This document shows, piece by piece, positions 1 through 13,413 of a DNA stretch of 64,000 nt. The position numbers were made by a program, and so were the translations under genes. This DNA comes from Eledone cirrhosa. Lineage: Eukaryota. The DNA lies in the NCBI GenBank assembly GCA_964016885.1, contig OZ024743.1, forward strand, positions 197,842,001-197,906,000. The letters run 5' to 3'. Each line of letters begins with the position of its first letter. The stretch's first letter is position 1. Under the pieces are notes generated by a model. The model was not told the origin of the DNA. It searched no databases and worked only from the letters and a program-made list of their open reading frames with translations.

Positions 1-594
1 ACAAATCTATTTCAGTAATCTCACACACCATGCGACATTAGACCTGCAAGCAAAATGCCGTACTACATCTGAATATATTCGTTGCCAATTTTTAAACTGG
101 AAAATATTGGATGCAGATGAGTTTGAAATATTTGTAGATGTATGATTTAATCAGACACTATGTAATCGATGGGCAGAAATAAAATCACAGAAAATGGTTA
201 CACTTTTTGCTAGGAGAAAAATATTTTAAATGGTTTTAAGTGTTTTTTAGTGATTTTTCCACATTACACTATAAATATATATTTATACTGTTTTATATAA
301 ATTATATTTTAATGATATTTAAATAAAATGTAAGTCTTTTTTTCTGTGACGGTTTTGTCTGGGTTCATGCAAACTACCTTCATCAGCATAGACATAGATG
401 CGTGGGAAATAAGTTTACCTCGCAACCACGTTGTTCCAGGCTAGAGCTTACGGTACAGAACCTTCGGCAGGTGTCCTATATATATATATTTATATATACA
501 TCAGTATATATATATTTATATATACATAGTCTAACATATTTTCAACTACTTATGTCAGACGATTTTTGCACTTTGGAGCCTCTATCAATACTTA

Positions 595-780
595 TTTCTA
601 CTTTTGGCACAAGGCCAGAAATTATCCCAGTGCATTACTGGTACTTTAATTTATCGACTCCAAAAGGATGAAAGGCAAAGTTAACCTCGGCAGGATTTGA
701 ACTGAGACCATAAAGGGCCACAACTCTTTGCTGCAAAGCATGGCGTCCGACCCTCTACCGATACTGCCAATCCACCGCCC
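595..780 (-). mobile_element. tRNA-derived SINE, family 1
   Basis: A-box-like TGGCAGTATCGG, B-box GTTCAAATCC, central CTTTGCCTTTCATCC...GTCGATAAA...AGTACCAG core (resembles the Meta/MESC SINE domain). Confidence 0.85.
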
Positions 781-910
781 TGTTACTGCTAACAGTCAAG
801 GAACGTCCTATGAGATAAAGACATGTAGGAAGCTACCTAAGCCAACATTCTTTCTATATAAATGTATGTATGTGTGTGCTTGCACACACGCTTGCACGCA
901 TGCTTGCACG

Positions 911-944
<34 letters not shown>

Positions 945-2204
945 AACAAAAGGTGTAAGTCAACAGGTTAAAATTAACTTCGTTTAATCATAGTCGCTGT
1001 TATATATATATATTTCGCGGATAACCATTTTAAAAACGTTAACGTAAATCCGTGTTCTGCTTCAAAAGTAGGAAACGGTTTCGTGGTAATGTTTTTAAAT
1101 GTAATCGACTCCTACGCTGAAGTCGATAAGGATGATCAATAATTTATCAATATATATGATCCTAAAATCAGGCAACCAACTAACTTTTATTTAAACAAAG
1201 GACGAATTAATAATTTTACGAAACGTTGAAATTTCGTATGCTAGCTTATTTTAAGCTGCTGCAACACAAGTATAACTACAAAATAATTGAATAAGTTGGG
1301 CACACAATTCTGGTGACTAAAAAAAAAAGTGATCAGAGTCGTCTGCAGGAAACGAGCTTACACCTGTTGGTAGCCAGGCTACTACTTTACCAGCTTGTTT
1401 GACTATTTTATAGTTAACTCAGTGTCATAGCAGCTTTTAAAGGGTAACAAACTTCCATAACTTTAATTTCTTGTACTTATTTGATTTTATTGTGGTCCAA
1501 ATGATTATATTGTTATACTTTTCTTGTTGACATTTTTATGTATGTACATATAGACTCGTAAATGCTCATGGGCTGTAGGTGCGCCGAGTATTACGGAGTT
1601 TCTTGAGCATTTTAAACCTGGTGGAGTCCCTCCTCCAGGTATGAACATAACCGATTTCTTCCAAGAGAATGAGAGAAAGAGAGAAGGAAATCTAGAAGAA
1701 GAATGAACTCCAGTATTGGAATGGCACTTTACTCATCGTCTTCGAAATGAAGAGAAGCAAACTTAACTTCAGAAGAATTTGAAATATCTGCATACAGAGC
1801 AGAAATGAATGACAGATATTCTACCCGACATTCTAAATATATAAATAGATAGATATAGAGATAGATAGACAGAAAAGTAGATAGACAGATAGACAGACAG
1901 ACAGGTAGACAGACAGGTAGACAGACAAGCAGATAGACATATATATATATATATTATTATTATATAGTAATAATAACAATTTGAAGACTAAAATTCAAAG
2001 AGGGCTCGATAAGGATAAATATATATCAAATACATAGAGCAAATATTTATTAAAATAACAGATTAAAGTTTAAGCAAAGAATCGCTGCTTTCACCCTTAA
2101 CGGGATCTTCTGAAACTAACAAAGTCAATCTGTGAACGCAGAAGTGAATATTTCAAAAAACATTGCAACCAGAGGAAGACAGGAAGACGATACTTTGGTT
2201 CGTG

Positions 2205-2480
2205 GAAACGTTCCCTGGCAAAGAACGGGAAAAAAACGAATAAGATACGTCATTAATAGGAGCGGTGAAAAACAATTACACGCAAAAACAGAACCACGTT
2301 TATGGTATAAAAGAAGTCGTAGACTAATGTTCTCTTAGGTGGTTCATAGAGACGTTCTCTGGCAATGAACGGAAAAAACGAAGATAATATGTCATATGTG
2401 GAGCGGGGAGAACAATACCACGCAAAGACAAAACCACGTAAATGGTAAAACTAAAGTCGTAGACTAAAATTCTAACTAGG
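2205..2480. repeat. Diverged tandem duplication, period about 144 bp
   Basis: ACGTTC(C/T)CTGGCAA...GTCGTAGACTAA occurs twice. Confidence 0.8.
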
Positions 2481-2730
2481 AAACCGAATGATTCTCGGCT
2501 TCAGAGTTAAGAACAAAGTAAATAAAATACAGGTAACAGAAATTAAATAAATACATACACGCAACCATATACGTACATACACATGTATGTGTAGTCCAGA
2601 ATTAGCCGTCGAAACGGCTTGAGCTCAGCCGTCGGGGTCCTACTCGTTCCTATTACCCACTCTACTACCCTAAGTATTAAGTACTTTGGTGCGTTATGGT
2701 CCATCTGGTTCCGTATCTCATTTCCTTCGT

Positions 2731-2758
<28 letters not shown>

Positions 2759-2763
<5 letters not shown>

Positions 2764-3804
2764 ATACTTTGGGAGGGTCATGTTGCCAATAAGAAACACA
2801 CGCACTAGTTGCTTTCACTCCAATTTATTATAAATGAAAAACATTTTTTTTTTTCAAAAAATTTATAAATTTCCGGTTGGTTGGTTGGTTCCACAACCAG
2901 ACGGTTGTTCATATATTAACAAAGTTCTTTCGTCACACATTCTGTGACCTCTTCCGTGACTGGGGATTCTTTTCTGTGTTTGGTGCCTCTCCTTTGTTCT
3001 GTCCTACGCCATCTTGTTTTTGCGTGTGTTGTATGCTTAGTTTGCGCATGTGTTACATCCGGGTGTCTGTGTGTGTTTTTATTTGTTTAATTATTTGTTT
3101 ATTTACATGTTACTGGTTGGTTGTTTGTTCTATGTGTGTATTTTCATTTTGTCCTTGATTGTAAGTTGTGATGTTGCTATTCCATTCATGTTTTCTATTT
3201 AATTTTGGTTGGAGTTCATTTATGTTTATTGCCTTTGTGATTTGTCTAAACATTGCGTCTTTTCTGTGTGTAGATTTTATTTTTATTTCTATGTTCTCTA
3301 ATTTGCCCTTATGTTCTATTTTAGCATGTTGGTGGAGTATTGATGATTCTTTTCTATCTTGAAGCTCTCACCAGTGTTCATTTAACCGTTCTCCTATACT
3401 ACGAGCTGTCTCACCTATGTACACTATATTCTTATCTTTACATTGTCCTTCAGTACATCTTATGCTATATACTACGTTTCTAGTTTTACAGTTAATATGG
3501 AGGCTTAGTTTACAGATTATGCATTTCTTATCTATACTGGGAGGTCTTTGAAAAGGGTATGTATTACTAATAAGTGTTTTTATGGAGGTACCCGGTCTTT
3601 CTACTATTTTAATATTAGTTTAAGTTTATCTATGGCCCTTCTAAATTTGCAAGCTAATTCACCTCTAGGTGTTGTATTGATGAACATTACACTCTGGTAT
3701 TTATTGGTATCATACCATGAGTTTATTCTATTAACCTTACTCCTAGTTCTTTCTATTCTATTCCAAAATATGCTCCTATATAAGGGGCAGGTCCCATTTG
3801 TATC
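2759..3804 (-). mobile_element. 5'-truncated Penelope-like element (linker + GIY-YIG endonuclease + 3' non-coding region) within (TA)n
   Basis: Minus-strand translation gives PLYRSIFWNRIER...WY...SVMFINTTPRGEL...CIIC...NCKTRNVVYSIRC...VYIGETARSIGERLNEHW*...LNRKHEW. Decayed HHR (CGGAAGA core) at 2920-2958 on the same strand. Confidence 0.88.
3173..3804 (-). pseudogene. Penelope-type GIY-YIG endonuclease remnant
   Basis: VVY-x-I-x-C...YIGET motif (YIGE at 3410-3421). In-frame TGA at 3368-3370 and frameshift damage near 3590-3610. Confidence 0.85.
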
Positions 3805-3954
3805 ATATATATATATATATATATATTTGGTGTGGGATGCTTAAAGCGTCCGTATGCGGTAGGCCGTTTGAGCACTCGATGCTCTTACAGAGCAGAGTAT
3901 AATATCACATAAGAAACGGAGAATCAGAGGTGCAGCGAATTAGAATTTATTATA

Positions 3955-4045
3955 CATATTACAATCGTTTCTCTAGCGACCAGCTCGAGGCACGATCGAT
4001 GCGAGGATCGAGCCTGATTCTGAAATCGCAAGTTCTTCAGATACG
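3955..4045 (-). ncRNA. Type I hammerhead ribozyme with long stem II insert
   Basis: Reverse complement: cgtat CTGAAGA ...about 60 nt... GAAA cgattg TA atatg. Confidence 0.65.
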
Positions 4046-4079
4046 TCTCTATCCCTCGAAGCAGAATATCCAATATATA

Positions 4080-4190
<111 letters not shown>

Positions 4191-4294
4191 ATGGCGGCCG
4201 ACCGGGGTAGAAGCTGTTAAATGTTCGGTCGCCTCACGTCTCTGATTTTCAGCCCCATGGATTTTGTCTATTATATTCCTTTGTTATCTTTCGA

Positions 4295-4352
4295 ATACCT
4301 GATGATGTCACCGGATTCATACTGAACCCGGTCATTGAAATGATCATAGTAT
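4295..4352 (+). ncRNA. Type I hammerhead ribozyme
   Basis: atac CTGATGA [tg..accgg..ttca tac tgaa..ccggt ca] GAAA tgatca TA gtat, followed by AATAAA at 4353. Confidence 0.8.
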
Positions 4353-4557
4353 AATAAACCTTTTAAGGAATTACACCAGTCTAGCCTCCTGTTATTTTAT
4401 AATAATTAACTCCGTACTCGCACCACCAACTACACAAACGAAGACGGGTGAGTTGCATTACGTTGAGTGCTCCCATAATATTACATCGAGTTTGTATTAC
4501 ATACGGAATGACCAGTTCTATCCAGTGGTGAACTAACAAGCCTAAATAAATAAATAA

Positions 4558-4659
<102 letters not shown>

Positions 4660-5374
4660 ATGGATAGATACATAGACAGATAGGTAGATAAATAGACAGA
4701 TAGATAGACGGAGAGGAATGTGAAATCCTGTGTCAAGTTTGTTAACAAAGAAACAACCACTTGAAACAGCTTACAAAGACATTCTCAACGTGAGCAGAGA
4801 GGGTAGAATGAGAAAGGGTGAGAACAAGAGTGAGAGATAGAGAAAGATAGAAGTAAAGGGCAATATAAAGAGGGAGAGAAAGTGATGAAGATAAAGAAGC
4901 GGGAAGAGAAAGAGAGAGGCAGAAAGAAATAGAAACAAAAGAGAGAAAGTTAGAAAAAGAGACGAAGAAAGGGGTAGAAATGGAGAGGGGGAGAGGGAGA
5001 AATAATTAGAGAGAGAATGGGGACGGAGAGAAAGGTTAGTATGTGAGTTTATGTATTCTTATGTTGAAATTATTTAATTGTAGTCAGAAATGTGAAACCA
5101 GTCAATATAACGAGAGTCATGTTTTGATTATACATTTTATATGGAAATTAGGGACCTGTAAGAAAAGGAATCTCCTTGTTTATTATGGCAGACACATGCA
5201 TATGGACACACATACTGGTTGGCTCACATACACACACAGATGCTAAGATGTACAGCACCAGGCACATAGACACTGACTCACAGAGGTGGACACACACACA
5301 CACACACATACTTATTCACAGGCACACATGCAGGGACACAGGTATACAGACACACACTCACACACACACACACA

Positions 5375-5460
<86 letters not shown>

Positions 5461-5614
5461 CACATGGGGTATCCCGAAAAAGCGTATACACACTTCAATA
5501 ACGTTCTTATCAATATTGCCTGTACAAGTAATCAAAGTGTATATAGAATGTTTGGAGACACACTCAAATCTCTCTCTCTCTCTATTTATCTCTCTCTCTC
5601 TATATATATATATC

Positions 5615-5691
<77 letters not shown>

Positions 5692-5717
5692 TCGACAGGG
5701 GGCAACATTGTTTTTTC

Positions 5718-5772
<55 letters not shown>

Positions 5773-6026
5773 ATATATATGGGGTACTTGGCGTGTGTGT
5801 CTGTGTGTACACGTGAACTGGAAGTTGAGAATGTCTTTGTAAGCCATTGCAAGTGGTTGTTGCTTTGTTAACTAACTTGACACAGGATTAGTTATCTGGA
5901 GCATAGAGTGCAGCTTAAATGGCAATGAGGTGGGCATTGTTTGCACAGGTGTTCTCAGATGAAATTTGCATCTAACACTACCATTCAAATTTACCTGTGG
6001 TTGGTTTTGGTGACATCTTGAATTGA

Positions 6027-6073
<47 letters not shown>

Positions 6074-6914
6074 AAAAGAAAAATCCGATAAAATATAACG
6101 TAGAATTAGTGTGACAAATAAAAAAACTAAACAAAAATATATAAAATTCTAACCAGACAAAAGGATAATGAATAAAGAATAAATAAATAAGTGAAAATAA
6201 ATCAAAGAAACATTAAATAATCTATGTTTTAAATTATAAGCTTTCTTTAACTTGGATTTATTTCTCGTTTATTTAAAGCTAATTAAATGTTTATCATTTT
6301 GACACCTTAGTGGAGAGGCTTGACGAATTTTAAATAATACTATTGTATTAGAGGTGTCGCCCTCCTTTTACACATTCTTGTCAGTTTAATTGAAAGGTTC
6401 AGCGTGTATATTGAACGATGAACAGGTATATCTAAATAACTGTTGATATACATGGTCACATGCTGCCTATCTGTCCCATATATCACTTTCTTTTTTGTTT
6501 CGTGAGAAAGTTACCCAATATCCAAGACATTGAATCGGCAGAGTCGCTAAATGTACGGGTAGAATCCTTTGTAGTATTCTCCCGACTCCTTACGCTCTGA
6601 GTTAAAATTCCAGTAAGGTCAACTTTGCCTTCCCTCCTTTCGAGGTTGTTAAGAAAAGAACCACTCCCGTACTGGGGTTTGACTCTTCCTCTATATCTCT
6701 TTCACATTTCCTATCTGTATCATTTCTGTCTCTCGCTTTCCCCTGACGAAATCAGCTGTGTTCATAGTTGAAGAACACAGTCTGCGCCAGGTTGAAAATA
6801 TCCAACAAACACTTTCTGTCACTACGGCGATACTTATGACTCCGGCAGGAGTTTCAAATACATACATACATACATACATACATACATACATACATACATA
6901 CATACATACATACA

Positions 6915-6945
<31 letters not shown>

Positions 6946-7236
6946 TTACTTTTCCGAATTGAGAGATCATAGCAAGATGGTTGGATAACATCCATGAGCT
7001 TGGCATGTCTCGCTTGGGGATCTAGTCGGATCAGTTAGAGACGGTTGGTTCTGACAGGATTCGCTGGAAGGAGTGTTTGACGACTCTGTCCCCACGACTC
7101 TCTCTGGAATACGTGGGCGAAGAAGAAGAAGAAGAAGAAGAAGAACAAGAAGAAGAAGAAGAAGAAGAAGAAGAAGAAGAAGAAGAAGAAGAAGAAGAAG
7201 AAGAAGAAGAAACCATGATAAATTAATGTACATGTT

Positions 7237-7720
7237 ATGAGCATCTTCCCGTTCCGTGGTCGCAAGCCCCTCGTCTGGGATGCCACTTGCAGCGACACTT
7301 TCTCCAACCGCAACCTGGTGCAGTCTGCGACTAACCCAGGTTCTGCTGCACGTGGGGCTGAGGAGACCAAACTCTCCAAGTACCGATCGATTCCCGACAG
7401 GTTTGCGGGCGTGCCCTTGGCAGTGGATACTTCTGGTGTTCTTGGACCTAGAGCTACCTCCCTACTCAACATCATAGGCGCTGAGCTGGAACAGAGGCAG
7501 GTGTGAGCCTCGCGCGATGGAATGGCTCTTCCAGCGCATCTCCCTTACCATCCTCCGGGAAACGCCTTCTCCATTCTGCCAGCCGGGGCTGCGGGGAGGC
7601 CAGCACGTAAGACCCCATTTGCTCACCATGCAGAGAGATGGGGAGGGCGTGAGAGGTGGGGAGGGCGAAAGAGGTGGAGGCGATAAAAGTGGGAGTTCGG
7701 ATCTTCCACGTTCGGACTAT
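7237..7720 (+). mobile_element. 3' fragment of a restriction-like-endonuclease non-LTR retrotransposon (CRE-like)
   Basis: PF.G.KPLVWDATCSDTF...AA.GAE..KLSKY...PLAVDTSGVLG...EWLFQRISLTILR, typical of the C-terminal RLE domain of CRE-clade elements. Confidence 0.75.
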
Positions 7721-8250
7721 ATCCTTGTGGTTGTGTTTATTATCTATATATAAAATGATTTATTTCCCTTCTTGTATATTCCCATATATTGCATAAGTAA
7801 AAGACTAAGATCTCCAGGAATAAAATTCTACGAAATACTCAAAGTCTATCCAGGGTAATAGTACCTCATATCTATTACTATATTGTTAAGACTATGATGC
7901 AAACGAATAGGAGTTATTTAGGCTAGGATTTCAAGATGGGATTTCATAGAGATACGATAACTACAATCACATGCTTATTTTTGTTCTGTGTGAACTGCTG
8001 TGTTAGTGCACACGTCACACATGGTTTTAGTTAAGCGTTTCACGAATGTGTGGTAAATCACAGTCGACTCAGACAGACACTGTCACAACTAACGAAGAAA
8101 TAATGACATTAGACAGATCCCGTTGTTTTGTGTGAAATATAACTGATCTTTTCTTCTGGCTCTTTCGCATGTAATCTGTATGCCTGACTGCCTGTGTGTC
8201 TGTCACACTGACTGTCTGTTAGTCTGTCTGCCTGTCTGTGTGTCTCTCTT

Positions 8251-8350
<100 letters not shown>

Positions 8351-8375
8351 TGTATATATATATATATATGTGTGT

Positions 8376-8429
<54 letters not shown>

Positions 8430-8550
8430 GTGTATGTGTGTGTTTCATTTATGTGTTTATGTATTTATTTAATTTATGTGTTTATTTATGTATATGTATG
8501 TATAAATGCAAGTATAAATGTTGTGTACGTGTGCATGTATACAAGCATGC

Positions 8551-8669
<119 letters not shown>

Positions 8670-9024
8670 TGTATGTATGTATGTATGAATGTATGTATGT
8701 ATGTATGTATGTATGTATGTATGAATGTATGTATGAATGTATGTATGCTTCCCTTCTTCTTACGTACATACCTACATACATACATACAAATTACTGTTGG
8801 ACATGTGTCAGTTCCGAAAAGTAGCGTGCAAATAGTTAAACTTTGACAGATAATTGCAATCTTACTGTAGTTCCCAGTGAGAGTCAGTGTGACACAAAGA
8901 GTGAGAAAGCTGATACTTATTTTTGCAAAACATCTCCGAGAATCGAAATAACGACGTTGCGATGGTGAGCTGAACGTCTTAACCATCTAACTACATGTCT
9001 TCCCGCATGCATACATATATAAAT

Positions 9025-9058
<34 letters not shown>

Positions 9059-9175
9059 CCCCCCCCCACACACACACACACGCACAGGCATAAATTACGA
9101 TGTATGTGTGCATGTATATGTATATATGCACACACACAAACACACACATATATATATATACACACACACACACAC

Positions 9176-9275
<100 letters not shown>

Positions 9276-9528
9276 GAGTGTGTGTCTGCGTGTATGTGCA
9301 TGTGTGTGAAATCCGCATAATACAGATACGATTTACGATATCATATGTTTTCCTCTTAATTGATACATTGCATACATCTGCAATCCTTTTGTTTCTTCCA
9401 GAATCTGTCAAAAGACTTTAAATTTGTTCTATATTACATCAATCCTAATTCACATTACTTTTATTAGCCTGTTGCACGAAACGTAAACGCATATATATAT
9501 ATCAGTGAGACCTTGGTTACCATGTTGA

Positions 9529-9610
9529 GCTCTGCTGATGAACGAAATCCAACCGTACCCATCCCCACTGAAAGTTTTCGTGAAATAGTCTTTTCAAGAC
9601 TATACAGAGC
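9529..9610 (+). ncRNA. Type I hammerhead ribozyme with full stems
   Basis: gctctg CTGATGA acgaaa...tttcgt GAAA tagtctt ttc aagacta TA cagagc. Three well-paired stems, AUA site. Confidence 0.9.
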
Positions 9611-9928
9611 ATTTGAAGTTGTCCCAAATTGAAGGTTGAGTACTTTAGACTTTGTTTTATCATGAGTTAAGGCTCTATTGATTTTTCCCTGGATTTCTCT
9701 AAATTCTGTTGGATAAATCTATATCCTGATTCCTTTTGAATTGAGTCTGAATTATTTTTCCCATATCTTATGTTAACTATTTTCCATTTTGACGCTATAG
9801 TCACATAAATGTTATGGAATACTGTTAGCTTCTCGCTACAACAATTTCTATACTTTTCATTTATATATATATATATATTTCCAATTCCATCCTGCTCGTC
9901 CCCACAATCTATTTTATTTCTCATTCTT

Positions 9929-9964
9929 TCTTCTGATGAAGGACTAGCGTCCGAAACGTTAAGA
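9929..9964 (+). ncRNA. Minimal type I hammerhead ribozyme (decayed paralogue at about 13147-13182)
   Basis: tctt CTGATGA a ggac tagc gtcc GAAA cg TT aaga. Stem III is only the palindrome AACGTT. Confidence 0.75.
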
Positions 9965-10084
9965 CCCTCTTCCTGCTATATCAAGCGTTAAACTAATATA
10001 TACCTTCCATATACTGTACCGATTGTGTTGTTATTTCTGTTTACCTTTTACAGACACACAGACACACACACACACACACGCGCG

Positions 10085-10169
<85 letters not shown>

Positions 10170-10736
10170 GCATATACATTTATATTTATATTCATATATA
10201 TATATATTATTGTGTAAAATGACAGGAGGCCGGACTGGTGAAATTCCTTCAAATACTAAGATTATCAATACAATGCAGAGTATACATTTTTAATATAGAA
10301 ATGGCTTCTATGGGACTAAAACTGTTTCATTCGAGAGAAATCATCAGGAAGCCCTGTTAATTGTTAGTCCTCTAAGGAACAGGAAGCATATGCTTCCAGT
10401 TCCTTAGTGAACTAACAACACACCCAGGAGCTGATCATATCAACGAATTAACACGGTAAAATCCAATACAACATCATGTTTTCCGGGGTTTTTTTTTCTG
10501 TTTAAATTTTTATTGCCTGATGAGGTCATAGCTGTTGAATAATGGCTATCACTGACATATATATAGCTCCGCATGTGAATAAACGAAGCCAATTTTACCC
10601 TGTTGACTTACGCTTCTCTTTTTTTTTTACATTACTCCGGAGTAAACAAACCAGCCTGTACATTTCGTTGAGTGCTTCAACCTGGATACTGAGGTGTCAG
10701 TAAACTTAGGTGTCAGTAAAAATCTAACGCCTACTC

Positions 10737-10784
<48 letters not shown>

Positions 10785-10788
<4 letters not shown>

Positions 10789-11014
10789 ATAATAAAACAT
10801 TTGAAGACTAAAATCCAAAGAGGGCTCGATAAGGATAAATATATATCAGATATATAAGAACCGTAGAGCAAATATTTATTAAAATAACAGATTAAATTTA
10901 AGCAAATAATCACTGCATTCACCCTTAACGGGATCTTCTGAAACAGTTTCAGAAGATCCCGTTAAGGGTGAAAGCAACGATTTTTTGCTTATACTTTAAT
11001 CTGTTATTTTAATA
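10785..11014. repeat. (TA)n-flanked dispersed repeat with fold-back end (second copy at about 1965-2116)
   Basis: Palindrome centre at 10945 (CTGAAAC-A-GTTTCAG). Confidence 0.85.
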
Positions 11015-11015
11015 T

Positions 11016-11133
<118 letters not shown>

Positions 11134-11290
11134 TGGAATAAATGCTCTGAAATAGCGATATATATGTGAATATAGACATAGAATATTCGAAAATATTCTG
11201 TATGTTTATAATAAACATTTTGAAGACCTAATCGCTATAGAATAGAATACGTCACGTATTACAATTAGATTCTCGATAAAAGCAAGGGAA

Positions 11291-11333
11291 GTAATCTACG
11301 CGTTTCATTCTCGTTAGAAATCATCAGGACTAC
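11291..11333 (-). ncRNA. Type I minimal hammerhead ribozyme (identical copies at 11601-11643 and 11911-11953, minus strand)
   Basis: Reverse complement reads GUAGUC-CUGAUGA-U-UUCU aacg AGAA-U-GAAA-CGCG-UA-GAUUAC. Stem I GUAGUC/GAUUAC, palindromic stem III, GUA cleavage triplet. Confidence 0.85.
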
Positions 11334-12179
11334 ATATCCAGTGCTTTTATCGAGAATGACACAGCTAGAGACTTATAGAATACTTAGCTGTGTACAGGAA
11401 CTGGTTTGAAAGAGCGGTTGCCGGTCCGGCAGAAATTAGAAATTGGAATAAATGCTCTGAAATAGCGATATATATGTGAATATAGACATAGAATATTCGA
11501 AAATATTCTGTATGTTTATAATAAACATTTTGAAGACCTAATCGCTATAGAATAGAATACGTCACGTATTACAATTAGATTCTCGATAAAAGCAAGGGAA
11601 GTAATCTACGCGTTTCATTCTCGTTAGAAATCATCAGGACTACATATCCAGTGCTTTTATCGAGAATGACACAGCTAGAGACTTATAGAATACTTAGCTG
11701 TGTACAGGAACTGGTTTGAAAGAGCGGTTGCCGGTCCGGCAGAAATTAGAAATTGGAATAAATGCTCTGAAATAGCGATATATATGTGAATATAGACATA
11801 GAATATTCGAAAATATTCTGTATGTTTATAATAAACATTTTGAAGACCTAATCGCTATAGAATAGAATACGTCACGTATTACAATTAGATTCTCGATAAA
11901 AGCAAGGGAAGTAATCTACGCGTTTCATTCTCGTTAGAAATCATCAGGACTACATATCCAGTGCTTTTATCGAGAATGACACAGCTAGAGACTTATAGAA
12001 TACTTAGCTGTGTACAGGAACTGGTTTGAAAGAGCGGTTGCCGGTCCGGCAGAAATTAGAAATTGGAATAAATGCTCTGAAATAGCGATATATATGTGAA
12101 TATAGACATAGAATATTCGAAAATATTCTGTATTCTATAAGTCTCTAGCTGTGTCATTCTCGATAAAAGCACTGGATAT

Positions 12180-12222
12180 GTAGTCCTGATGATTTCTAAC
12201 GAGAATGAAACGCGTAGATTAC
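12180..12222 (+). ncRNA. Type I minimal hammerhead ribozyme (identical copies at 12490-12532 and 12800-12842, plus strand)
   Basis: gtagtc CTGATGA tttctaacgagaat GAAA cgcg ta gattac. Confidence 0.85.
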
Positions 12223-12960
12223 TTCCCTTGCTTTTATCGAGAATCTAATTGTAATACGTGACGTATTCTATTCTATAGCGATTAGGTCTTCAAAATGTTT
12301 ATTATAAACATACAGAATATTTTCGAATATTCTATGTCTATATTCACATATATATCGCTATTTCAGAGCATTTATTCCAATTTCTAATTTCTGCCGGACC
12401 GGCAACCGCTCTTTCAAACCAGTTCCTGTACACAGCTAAGTATTCTATAAGTCTCTAGCTGTGTCATTCTCGATAAAAGCACTGGATATGTAGTCCTGAT
12501 GATTTCTAACGAGAATGAAACGCGTAGATTACTTCCCTTGCTTTTATCGAGAATCTAATTGTAATACGTGACGTATTCTATTCTATAGCGATTAGGTCTT
12601 CAAAATGTTTATTATAAACATACAGAATATTTTCGAATATTCTATGTCTATATTCACATATATATCGCTATTTCAGAGCATTTATTCCAATTTCTAATTT
12701 CTGCCGGACCGGCAACCGCTCTTTCAAACCAGTTCCTGTACACAGCTAAGTATTCTATAAGTCTCTAGCTGTGTCATTCTCGATAAAAGCACTGGATATG
12801 TAGTCCTGATGATTTCTAACGAGAATGAAACGCGTAGATTACTTCCCTTGCTTTTATCGAGAATCTAATTGTAATACGTGACGTATTCTATTCTATAGCG
12901 ATTAGGTCTTCAAAATGTTTATTATAAACATACAGAATATTTTCGAATATTCTATGTCTA

Positions 12961-13015
<55 letters not shown>

Positions 13016-13413
13016 GAGGTAGACGTGCTCCATCATCCACTTTTCTAAAAAATAAATCATAAACAAAACGCCACCATTTGTTATTTTTATCTATTTTTCC
13101 AATTCCAACCCGCCCGTCCCCTCAATCTATCTTATTTCTCTTTCTTTCTTGTGATGAAGGACTAGCGTCCAAAACCTTAAGACCCTCTTCCTGCTATATA
13201 AAGCGTTAACCTAATATATTCCTTCCATATAGCTGTACCGACTGTGTTGTCCGGGAACCTTATAGGCACCGGTTTTACGTGTGTTGTGTTGAGGCAAATC
13301 ATTTTGTGCATACTCTGGTAATGTATCTTACATTGCCCATGGAGTGCGCTGAGATACAACCGGTACTGGCATTGATAAATATGCTGGGTCCGTCAACCCA
13401 TATTATATATATA

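Noticed and set aside
3368-3370. In-frame TGA in the GIY-YIG domain as selenocysteine
   Set aside because: It is not at a Cys position. CGA-to-TGA decay is simpler, and the copy also has frameshift damage.
9667-9924. Minus-strand 85-aa ORF as a retroelement protein fragment
   Set aside because: No recognisable motif, and it spans a (TA)n junction between two unrelated repeats.
10946-10985. CAGAAGA-TCCC...GGGT-GAAA as a hammerhead
   Set aside because: The core deviates in all copies and no convincing stem I or stem III forms. It is at most a relic.
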